A stretch of 64,000 nucleotides of DNA, taken from NCBI GenBank assembly GCA_038087875.1, contig CM075990.1, positions 18,044,001-18,108,000 of the forward strand, in the 5' to 3' direction. Position 1 is the first letter of the stretch, and each line of letters opens with the position of its first letter. The position numbers and the translations under genes were made by a program. Shown here in pieces: positions 12,159 to 22,925 of this stretch. Source of the DNA: Malacoraja senta (taxonomy: Eukaryota). The notes beneath the pieces were generated by a model. That model was not told the DNA's origin, did not search any database, and saw only the letters and a list, made by a program, of their open reading frames with translations.

Positions 12159-12693
12159 TGTTATGAATCCCGAAAGCAGGTACTTCAGAGTCGCGTAACA
12201 TAAGTCAAAAACCAGGTTTACGTTCAAAAATAGTTTAATTATTTATTAACACACCAAAACCCAAACCTGATTCAAACAACCCAGACAAGGATGAATGGAT
12301 TAACAAACAACTTAAAGGTGCTCAGGCCAGTCACATGATGGACCGTCGAACCCGAGGCTCTAACCCTGCCTAAAAGAAAGCTATCCCTGAAACAAAATAC
12401 CGATAACGTCTAAGGACAGCCCAATTCAATATTTGGTATTACATAATGATGGAATTACACGAAGTTCTATGCCAAGTGGCCGGGCCTTTCACAGCTCACA
12501 CCAGCACAACCTCACGAGGCAGGGTCGTCACCGAAAGAGAAAGAACTCTGGGAAATCTTCCATTTATACTGGGGATGAGTCAGCCGTCACCTGACGCAGC
12601 CTGGCCAATCAGGTACAGGATCCTTCCAGCCTGCACTTGGGGAAGAAACAGAGGTTAATACATAACATTGACCAGGAGGGGGAGCGTGTCACA
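12159..12693 (-). mobile_element. Solo LTR (535 bp) with 5-bp TSD ccaat
   Basis: TG...CA termini; ccaat at 12154-12158 and 12694-12698; minus-strand TATAAA (~12563) and AATAAA (~12243); removal rejoins the PLE motif IVNLS...LNKGLIFIPSP. Confidence 0.85.
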
Positions 12694-13282
12694 CCAATGA
12701 AACCACGAGAGGGTCTAAACAAGGGCCTTATCTTCATACCATCTCCACAAAGACTAGATTAGATAGACTTGGTTATAGCAAAATAAAATCACTTTAATGA
12801 TTGAAATCTCCTGACATCCTTGATCACACCCTCTTTGACAAGCAGTACTTGGAACAGCAAGTTGACAAAGCCCATCTATCACAAACCATAGAAAACTGGG
12901 GACATTAGAAGATCTCCAAAGACCTTGGCACATCAACCAGAAACAAGTAGAATAACTGTAGAGGGAGAAACAGCAACAGGTGAGAAGATTCTACATTCAA
13001 CTCAAAATATCAAACACTGGATGGACAGGGCCTGGAAAAATAACTCTAGGCCCAATGTTTCAAGGTCAGTTTATCGTCACATGTACCAATTAAGGCACAG
13101 TGACATTCAAATGTGTCAGCAGTAGTGAATCCTACAGGGTAGAATACATTGACTATTTTCATAATCAAACTGGCACAGCAACATGCCAGCTATATCAAAG
13201 ACAACACTTCACACAAACAGTGAACTCCCTGAATGAGCTGCCCAATGCTGTAACTCTTACTATGGGTCAAACTCTTACTATG

Positions 13283-13545
13283 TGACTCCCTGAGTTACTC
13301 CAGCCCTCAGTGAAACGTCGCCTATCCATGTTCTCCACAGATGCTGCCTGACCCGCTGAGTTACTCCATCACTCTGTGAAACGTCGCCTATCCATGTTCT
13401 CCACAGATGCTGCCTGACCCGCTGAGTTACTCCAGCACTCTGTGAAACGTCACTTATCCACGTTCTCCACAGATGCTGCCTGACCCGCTGAGTTGCTCCA
13501 GCACTTTGTGCCTTTTTTTTTAAACCAGCACCTGCAGTTCCTTGA
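13283..13545 (+). repeat. Tandem 66-bp pLTR-derived units (~3.5)
   Basis: gtgaaacgtcgcctatccatgttctccacagatgctgcctgacccgctgagttactccagcactct repeated. Confidence 0.88.
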
Positions 13546-13727
13546 TTTTCATCCCAAATCTTCCCTGATTTCAGGGCTTTTACTAAATTTGGCATCTGGG
13601 CAATGGGTGCATTACGGGGAAAGGTAAAGGGTCACAGAGCAGTAAAGAACCATTCTGCAGTAAAGAGCACATTATCTAATTTGTAGACAGCGCTCTCAAT
13701 GTGCAGTGAATTCACATAACAGGTCGC

Positions 13728-13982
13728 TCCAATTTGTGGTCAACACTCCCACCGTGTGGTGATCTGCCGCACTGCAGGCCCATCCAATTTGTGATCAACA
13801 CTCCCACCGTGTGGTGATCTGCTGCACTGCAGGCCCGTCCAATTTGTGGTCAACACTCCCACCATGTGGTGATCTGCCGCACTGCAGAGGCCCGTCCAAT
13901 TTGTGGTCAACACTCCCACCGTGTGGTGATCCGCCGCACTGCAGGCCCGTCCAATATGTGGTCAACATTCCCACCGTGTGGA
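13728..13982 (+). repeat. 55-bp minisatellite (~4.5 units)
   Basis: Direct tandem unit as at 21862. Confidence 0.9.
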
Positions 13983-13984
13983 TT

Positions 13985-14582
13985 AAGAAAGAAGTGCACA
14001 TGCTGGAAAAATCGAAGGTGGACAAAAATGCTGGAGTAACTCAGTGGGTGAGGCAGCATCTATGGAGAGAAGGAATAGGTGACGTTTCAGGTCGAGACCC
14101 TTCTTCAGACTGAAGTTGGGGGGGTGGGGGTGCGGGATAAAGAAAGGAAGAGGCAGAGACATTAGGCTGTGGGAGAGCTGGGAAGGGGAAGGAGGGAGAA
14201 AGCAAGGACTACCTGAAATTGGAGAATGGGAAGATGAGGCCAGTGGTGGGATCCCGTTGGAGGGGGCGAAAATGTCGGAGGATTATCCGTTTTATGTGAC
14301 GGCTGGTAGGGTGGAAGGTGAGGACATGGGGGACTCTGTACTTGTTACGAGTAGGGGGATGGGGAGTAAGAGCGGAACTGTGGGATATAGAGGAGACCCT
14401 GATAAGAGCCTCATCTATAGTAGAAGAGGGGAACCCCCATTCCCTAAAGAATGAGGACATCTCTGATGCCCTGGTTTGTAACACTTCATCCTGGGTGCAG
14501 AGGTGGCCAGTGTAGTCCAGATAGCCATGGGCGTCAGTGGGTTTGTAGTAGATGTCGGTCAGTAGTCTGTTACCGGTGATAG
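13985..14582 (-). mobile_element. Internally deleted Penelope 3' remnant with pLTR
   Basis: LLTDIYYKPTDAHGYLDY...PHVLTFHPTS; pLTR ctgaagaagggtctcgacctgaaacgtc on minus strand. Confidence 0.85.
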
Positions 14583-17172
14583 ACAATAGATAATAGACGC
14601 CAGAGGAGGCCATTCGGCTCTTCGAGCCAGCACCGCCATTCAATGTGATCATGGCTGATCATCCCCAATCAGGACCCCGTTCCTGCCTTCTCCCCATATC
14701 CCCTGACTCCGCTATCTTTAAGAGCCCTATCTAGCTCTCTCTTGAAAGCTGCCAGAGAACCGGCCTCCACCGCCCTCTGAGGCGGAGAATTCCACAGACT
14801 CACAGCTCTCTGTAAGAAAAAGTCTTTCCTCGTCTCCAATCTAAATGGCTTACCCCTTATTCTTAAACTATGGCCCCTGGTTCTGGACTCCCCCGACATA
14901 GGGAACATGTTTCCTGCCTTTAGCGTGTCCAAACCGTTAACAATCTTATATGTTTCAATGAGATCCCCTCTCATCCTTCTAAACTCCAGAGTGTACAAGC
15001 CCAGCCACTCCCTCTCAGCATATGACAGTCCTGCCATCCCTGGAATTAAACTTGTAAACCTACGCTGGGCTCCCTCAATAGCAAGAATGTCCTTCCTAAA
15101 ATTAGGGGACCAAAACGGCACACAATACTCCAGATGTGGTCTCACTATGGCTCTGTACAACTGCAGAATGACCTCTTTGCTCCTATATTCGATTCCTCTT
15201 GTTATAAAGGCCAACATGCCATTGGCTTTCTTCACTGCCTGCTGTACCTGCATGCTTACTTTCATAGGCTGATGTACAAGGACCCCTAGATCCCGTTGTA
15301 CTTCCCCTTTTCCCAACTTGGCGCCATTTAGATAATAATCTGCCTTCCTGTTTTTGATACCAAAGTGGATAACCTCACATTTATCCGCATTAAACTTCAT
15401 CTGCCATGCATCTGCCTACTCCCCCAACCTGTTCAAGTCACCCTGCATTCTCATAACATCCTCCTCACAGTTCACACTGCCACCCAGCTTTGTGTCATCT
15501 GCAAATTTGCTATTGTTACTTTGAATCCCTTCATCCAAATCATTGATGGATATTGTAAATAGCTGGTACCCCACTAGTCACTGCCTGCACCCGTTAATCC
15601 CTACTCTTTGTTTCCTGGCTGCCAACCTCTTCTCTATCCATGTCAGCACTCTACCCCCAATACCATGTGCCCTAATTTTGCCCACTAATCTCCTATGTGG
15701 GACCTTATCAAATGCTTTCTGAAAGTCCAGGTACACTACATCCACTGGCTCTCCCTTGTCCATTTTCCTAGTTACATCTTCAAAAAATTCCAGAAGATTA
15801 GTCAAGCATGATTTCCCCTTCGTAAATCCATGCTGACTCGGACCGATCCTGTTACTGCTATCCAAATGTTCGGCTATTTCATCTTTTATAATTGACTCCA
15901 GCATCTTCCCCACCACCGATGTCAGGCTAACTGGTCTATAATTCCCTGTTTTCTCTCTCCCGCCTTTCTTAAAAAGTGGGATAACATTAGCTATCCTCCA
16001 ATCCACAGGAACTGATCCTGGGTCTATAGAACATTGGAAAATTATCACCAATGCACCCACGATTTGTAGAGCCACTTCCTTAAGTACCCTGGGATGCAGA
16101 CCATCAGGCCCTGGGGATTTATCAGCCTTCAGTCCCATCAGTCTATCCAACACCATTTCCTGCCTAATGTGGATTTCCTTCAGTTCCTCTGTCACCCCAG
16201 ATCCTCTGGCCACTACTGTATCAGGAAGATTGTTTGTGTCCTCCTTTGTGAAGACAGATCCAAAGTACCTGTTCAACTCATCTGCCATTTCCTTGTTCCC
16301 CATAATAAATTCACCTTTTTCGGTCTTCAAAGGTCCAACTTTGGTCTTAACTAATTTTTTTCTCTTCACATACCTAAAGAAGCTTTTACTATCCTCCTTT
16401 ATATTCTTGGCTAGCTTACCTTCGTACCTCATCTTTTCTCCCCGTATTGTCTTTTTGGTTATCTTCTGTTGTTCTTTAAACATTACCCAATCCTCGCTTC
16501 CCGCTCATCTTTGCTACGTTGTACTTCTTCGCTTTAATTTTTATTCTGTCCCTGACGTCCCTTGTCAGCCATGGTCGCCCCTTTCTCCCCTTGGAATCTT
16601 TCTTCCTCATAGGAATGAACTGATAGACATAGACAAAGAAAATAGGTGCAGGAGTAGGCCATTCGGCCCTTCGAGCCAGCACCGCCATTCAATATGATCA
16701 TGGCTGATCATCCAACAGTATCCCGTACCTGCCTTCTCTCCATAACCCCTGATCCCCTTAGCCACAAGGGCCACATCTAACTCCCTCTTAAATATAGCGA
16801 ATGAACTGGCCTCAATTACCTTCTGTGGCAGAGAATTCCAGAGATTCACCACTCTCTGTGTGAATCTCTGTGTCCGAAAAGACTTCCCCCTTATCCTTAA
16901 ACTGTGATCCCTTGTTCTGGACTTCCCGAACATCGAGAACAATCTTCCTGCATCTAGCCTGTCCAACCCCTTAATGTGATCCTGCACCTTCTGTATTATT
17001 CTTAGAATTTTTGTTTTTTTTTGTTCCACTGTCATCCCTGCTAGTGTATCTTTCCAGTCACCTTTGGCCAACTCCTCCCTCATGGCCCCATAGTCCCCTT
17101 TATTCAACTGCAACACTGTGACCCCCGATCTACCCTTCTCCCTCTCCAATTGTAGATTAAACCTGACCATGT
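14583..17172 (-). mobile_element. 5'-truncated CR1 LINE with a nested CR1 3' fragment (~16625-16976, tgat duplicated)
   Basis: ORFs 14669..15400 and 15578..16483; paralogue near 25975 lacks the nested piece. Confidence 0.92.
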
Positions 17173-17316
17173 TACTCTGAGCAGGTATTAAATAAACGCT
17201 TTGATGATTGCAGTCCTTTGTCACAGAACTCCTTAGTGAGATTTTTTAACCATTTGAGTTCCACTTATATATGATTCTGTGTTTCAAAAGCAGTCGTCGA
17301 GGCCACATCCACCGGA

Positions 17317-18293
17317 GATGTGAATGGGGTACAGACACATATGTGAATGGGGTACAGACACAGATGTGAATGGGGTACAGACACATATGTGAATGGGGTA
17401 CAGACACATATGTGAATGGGGTACAGACACAGACACAGATGTGAATGGGGGTACAGACACAGATGTGAATGGGGTTACAGACACAGATGTGAATGGGGTA
17501 CAGACACAGATGTGAATGGGGTTACAGACACAGATGTGAATGGGGTACAGACACAGATGTGAATGGGGTACAGACACATATGTGAATGGGGATACAGACA
17601 CAGATGTGAATGGGGTACAGACACAGACACAGATGTGAATGGGGGTACAGACACAGATGTGAATGGGGTTACAGACACAGATGTGAATGGGGTACAGACA
17701 CATATGTGAATGGGGGTACAGACACAGATGTGAATGGGGTACAGACACATATGTGAATGGGGTTACAGACACAGATGTGAATGGGGTACAGACACAGATG
17801 TGAATGGGGGTACAGACACAGATGTGAATGGGGTTACAGACACAGATGTGAATGGGGTACAGACACAGATGTGAATGGGGTTACAGACACAGATGTGAAT
17901 GGGGATACAGACACAGATGTGAATGGGGATACAGACACAGATGTGAATGGGGATACAGACACAGATGTGAATGGGGTACAGACACATATGTGAATGGGGG
18001 TACAGACACAGATGTGAATGGGGTACAGACACATATGTGAATGGGGGTACAGACACAGATGTGAATGGGGATACAGACACAGATGTGAATGGGGGTACAG
18101 ACACAGATGTGAATGGGGTACAGGCACATATGTGAATGGGGTACAGACACAGATGTGAATGGGGATACAGACACAGATGTGAATGGGGTACAGACACAGA
18201 TGTGAATGGGGATACAGACACAGATGTGAATGGGGGTACAGACACAGATGTGAATAGGGGTACAGACACAGATGTGAATGGGGTACAGACACA
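17317..18293 (+). repeat. 23/24-bp minisatellite (~41 units), possibly coding (D/Y)VNG(G/V/D)TDT
   Basis: Unit gatgtgaatgggg(g/t/a)tacagacaca. Confidence 0.95.
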
Positions 18294-18529
18294 TCTGCAG
18301 GCTGGACAGGTATACAATTAAAAAAAGAAAATTGTGAGCTTAGATTTGACTTTAATTATTTGTTATTCACACCCTTATAAGATTATTAAATTCATCCTCC
18401 TTCCATTCGTAATATTTATGTGTTTCAAAAATCATCCATGATCTGACAGCAAAGACATAAAACATTTAGCCAGTTTAGTTTTGTCAATTGCAGCTTTTGA
18501 GGGTCTGTATTGCTTTTGCATTTAACCAT

Positions 18530-19420
18530 ATAACAATTACAGCACGTAAACAGGCAATCTCGGCCCTTCTAATCCATGCCAAACACTTATTCTCCCCTAG
18601 TCCCATCTACCTGCACTCAGACCATAACCCTCCATTCCTTTCCCGTCCATATACCTATCCAATTTATTTTTAAATGATAAAATCGAACCTGCCTCCACCA
18701 CTTCCACTGGAAGCTCATTCCACACAACTACCAGTCTCTGAGTAAATAAGTTCCCCCTCATGTTGCCCCTAAACATCTGTCCCTTAATTCTCAAATCATG
18801 TCCTCTTGTTTGAATCTTCCCTACTCTCAATGGAAAAAGCTTATCCACGTCAACTCTGTCTATCCCCCTCATAATTTTAAAGACCTCTATCAAGTCCCCC
18901 CTTAACCTTCTGCGCTCCAAAGAATAAAGACCTATCTTGTTCAACCTTTCTCTGTAACTTAGTTGCTGAAACCCAGGCAACATTCTAGTAAATCTCCTCG
19001 GTGCACAAAAATGCTGGAGAAACTCAGCGGGTGCAGCAGCATCTATGGAGCGAAGGAAATAGGCAACGTTTCGGGCCGAAACCCTTCATCAGTAAATCTC
19101 CTCTGTACTCTCTCTATTTTGTTGACATCTTTCCTATAATTTGGCGACCAAAATTGTACTCCATACTCCAGAATTGGCCTCACCAATGCCTTGTTCAATT
19201 TTAACATTACATCTCAACTTCTATACTCAACGCTCTGGTTTATAAAGGCCAGCACACCAAAAGCTTTCTTTACCACCCTATTCCACCTTCAGGGAACTAT
19301 GCACAGTTATTCCTAGATCCCTCTGTTCAACTGCATTCCTCAATTCGCTACCATTTACGTCCTATTTTGATTTGTCCTGCCAAGATGTAGCACCTCACAT
19401 CTAATGTAACACCTCACATT
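18530..19420 (-). mobile_element. HER1-like LINE 3' fragment
   Basis: ORF 18597..18983 nearly identical to the C-terminus of 5627..7234. Confidence 0.9.
19000..19090 (-). mobile_element. Hammerhead-like pLTR mini-insertion, 13-bp TSD agtaaatctcctc
   Basis: Minus strand (ct)gatgaagggtttcggcccgaaacgtt; TSD at 18987-18999 and 19091-19103. Confidence 0.88.
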
Positions 19421-19442
19421 TAAATCCATCTTTTGTTTTCAG

Positions 19443-19619
19443 AGACAGTCAATGACATCAGCAATCACTTACACAGACCTCCATCCTGCTGGATCAATGT
19501 TATCTTTATTAGCTTCAGATTATGTTGATTACAGTCTTCCTCCAAGAGACACACCGACATCGGCAGCAAGAACGGTTACAGCATGGACCTGGGGCCTATT
19601 GATATTCTCTTTCATGTAG
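19443..19619 (+). other. Candidate terminal coding exon of an unknown host gene (hydrophobic C-terminus)
   Basis: Acceptor ttttgttttcag; non-TE sequence; followed by AT-rich UTR-like tract with ATTAAA (~19692). Confidence 0.4.
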
Positions 19620-20386
19620 ATGTCATGTGTATGTTAAAGTTAATAGTTTGCACTTTGGTTTTTGTTTGAAGTTCTCACATTGTTAAGGTTAATTAAAATT
19701 TTGCGTTAAAGTCTTTTTTCAAAATATATTTGCTTCTCACAATTTGTTACCTTTAATGCACAATGAAAGAAATTCTTTTTTAAAACTAGAATTGATGTCT
19801 GAAATCATTATTTTTATATTAGTCCATCATGTCATCACTTAAATCTCATATTTCATTTATCATATATTTAGATAACTGAAACGCACCAAATCAAGGAAGG
19901 AATGCAATGTATTCCCATTTTAACCTCACAATTATTGTTATGAATGAAAACAGACACAAGCTCTGCATTTTAAAGGAATATTTATTGCACCTTCACACAA
20001 ACAGTGAACTTCCTGACTGAGTTGCCCCAATGCTGTAACTCTTACCCTGGGCATCAAACCCTGTACACAAACAGTGATCTCACTGACTGAGCTGCTCATT
20101 GCTATACTTTTTATTATGGGCATCCTGCCTGACCCGCTGAGTTACTCCAGCACTCTGTGAAACGTCACCTATCCATGTTCTCCACAGATGCTGCCTGACC
20201 CGCTGAGTTACTCCAGCATTTTATCTTTTGAGCAAGAGCATCCAAATATCTTTACAAATCTCGACAACAGTCTGTCCAGTCCAAAGCTCAATGAATGACC
20301 ACTCCACACATCACACAGATTCCTTTCACCTGAAAGTCCTTCATAAGAACTCATAATAAACAAGCTTTGATTAGGAAAGTTAGGAA

Positions 20387-21330
20387 TGTACTCACTCTAT
20401 CCTCATGACTGCGTAGCCGGTCACAGTGCGAACTCCATCATCAAGTTCGCTGATGAGACCACTGTTGTGGGACGTATCACTGATGGGGATGAGTCAGAGT
20501 ATAGAAGAGAGATCGAGCAACTGTCCACATGGTGCCAGCACAATAACCTGGCCCTCAACACCCAGCAAAACCAAGGAACTGATTGTGGACTTTGGAAGGA
20601 GTAGGATGGGGACCCACAGTCCCGTTTATATCAATGGGTCGATGGTTGAAAGGGTCAAGAGCTTTAAATTCCTGGGCGTGCACATCTCTTTCCTGGTCCG
20701 AGAACACTGATGCTACTATTAAGAAAGCACATCAGCGCCTCTACTTCCTGAGAAGATTACGGAGAGTCGGTTTGTCAAGGAGGACTCTCTCTAACTTCTA
20801 CAGGTGCACAGTAGAGAGCATGCTGATCGGTTGCATCGTGGCTTGGTTCGGCAACTTGAGCGCCCTGGAGAGGAAAAGACTACAAAAAGTTTTAAACACT
20901 GCCCAGTCCATCATCGGCTCTGATCTCCCTACCATCGAGGGGATCTATCGCAGTCGCTGCCTCAAAAAGGCTGGCAGCATCATCAAGGACCCACACCATC
21001 CTGGCCACACACTCATCTCCCCGCTACCTTCAGGTAGAAGGTACAGGAGCCTGAAGACTGCAACGACCAGGTTCAGGAATAGCTACTTCCCCACAGCCAT
21101 CAGGCTATTAAACTTGGCTCGGACAAAACTATGAACATTAATAGCCCATTATCTGTTATTTGCACTTTATCAGTTTATTTATTCATGTGTGTATATATTT
21201 ATATTATGGTATATGGACACACTGATCTGTTTTGTCGTCAATGCCTTCTATGTTCTGTTGTGCTGAAGCAAAGCAAGAATTTCATTGTTCTATCTGGGAC
21301 ACATGACAATAAACTCACTTGAACTTGAAC
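20387..21330 (+). mobile_element. Rex1/Babar-type LINE, 5' truncated, (CTTGAA)n tail
   Basis: KFADETTVVG, KTKELIVDF, KKAHQRLYFLRRL, RFRNSYFPTAIRLLN; empty site near 60610. Confidence 0.9.
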
Positions 21331-21861
21331 CATTTCACACAAGTGGTTAACAACTAGTTCACATTAACTTTCCTCAACCAAGTACAATTTAGATCCACTA
21401 TAAATTCCTCACTGTCTTCTTAATCACAACAATTAGTCATCAACTGAAAACCAGTCTTCATAAAGGGCCCCAATTAAAACACAACTGGACAGCTATCCAG
21501 GAAACAAATTAATTCTTGCTACTGCCTTCATGAAGTAAATGGAACCACACCCAGAAATCAGTCTGAAGGTCCCAACCCAAAATCCTACCTGTCCATGTTC
21601 TCCACAGATGCTGCCTGACCCGCTGAGTTACTCCAGCACTTTGTGCCTTTTTGAAAAACCAGCACCTGCAGTTCCTTGATTTTCATCCCAAATCTTCCCT
21701 GGTTTCAGGGTTTTTACTAAGTTTGGCATCTGGGCAATGGGTGCATTACGGGGAAAGGTAAAGGGTCACAGAGCAATAAAGAACCATTTTGCAGTAAAGA
21801 GCACAATATCTAATTTGTAGACAGCGCTCCCAATGTGCAGTGAATTCACATAACAGGTCGC

Positions 21862-22333
21862 TCCAATGTGTGGTCAACACTCCCACCGTGTGGTCATCTG
21901 CTGCACTGCAGGCCCATCCAATTTGTGGTCAACACTCCCGCCGTGTGGTCATCCGACACACTGCAGGCCCGTCCAATTTGTGGTCAACACTCCCACCGTG
22001 TGGTGATCCGCCGCACTGCAGGCCCGTCCAATTTGTGGTCAACACTCCCACCGTGTGGTGATCCGCCGCACTGCAGGCCCGTCCAATTTGTGGTCAACAC
22101 TCCCACCGTGTGGTGATCTGCTGCACTGCAGGCCCGTCCAATTTGTGGTCAACACTCCCACCGTGTGGTGATCTACTGCACTGCAGACCCGTCCAATTTG
22201 TGGTCAACACTCCCACCGTGTGGGCATCCGCGGTACTGCAGGCCCATCCAATTTGTGGTCAACACTCCCACCATGTGGTGATCTGCTGCACTGCAGGCCC
22301 GTCCAATTTGTGGTCAACACTCCCACCGTGTGG
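21862..22333 (+). repeat. 55-bp minisatellite (~8.5 units)
   Basis: Direct tandem repeats; translation cycles through all three frames. Confidence 0.92.
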
Positions 22334-22334
22334 A

Positions 22335-22925
22335 TTAAGAAAGAATTGCACATGCTGGAAAAATCGAAGGTGGACAAAAATGCTGGAGTAACTCAGCGGG
22401 TGAGGCAGCATCTATGGAGAGAAGGAGTAGGTGACGTTTCAGGTCGAGACCCTTCTTCAGACTGAAGTTGGGGGGGGTGGGGGTGCGGGATAAAGAAAGG
22501 AAAAGGCAGAGACAGAAGGCTGTGGGAGAGCTGGGAAGGGGAAGGAGGGAGAAAGCACTGAAATTGGAGAATGGGAAGATGAGGCCAGTGGTGGGATCCC
22601 GTTGGAGGCGGCGAAAATGTTGGAGGATTATCTGTTGTATGTGACGGCTGGTAGGGTGGAAGGTGAGGACATGGGGGACTCTGTCCTTGTTACGAGTAGG
22701 GGGATGGGGAGTAAGAGCGGAGCTGTGGGATATAGAGGAGACCCTGATAAGAGCCTCATCTATAGTAGAAGAGGGGAACCCCCATTCCCTAAAGAATGAG
22801 GACATCTCCGATGCCCTGGTTTGGAACATTTCATCCTGGGTGCAGATGTGGCCAGTGTAGTCCAGATAGCCTTGGGCGTCCGTGGGTTTGTAGTAGATGT
22901 CGGTCAGTAGTCTGTTACCTGTGAT
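22335..22925 (-). mobile_element. Penelope 3' remnant with pLTR (paralogue of 13985-14582)
   Basis: ORF 22335..22958; ctgaagaagggtctcgacctgaaacgtc on minus strand. Confidence 0.85.

Noticed and set aside
13095..13225. cacagtg and acaaac motifs as V(D)J recombination signals
   Set aside because: No heptamer-nonamer pair at 12/23 spacing and no V/J segments
21862..22333. 55-bp array as CRISPR or coding repeat
   Set aside because: No unique spacers, eukaryotic context, unit length not a multiple of three
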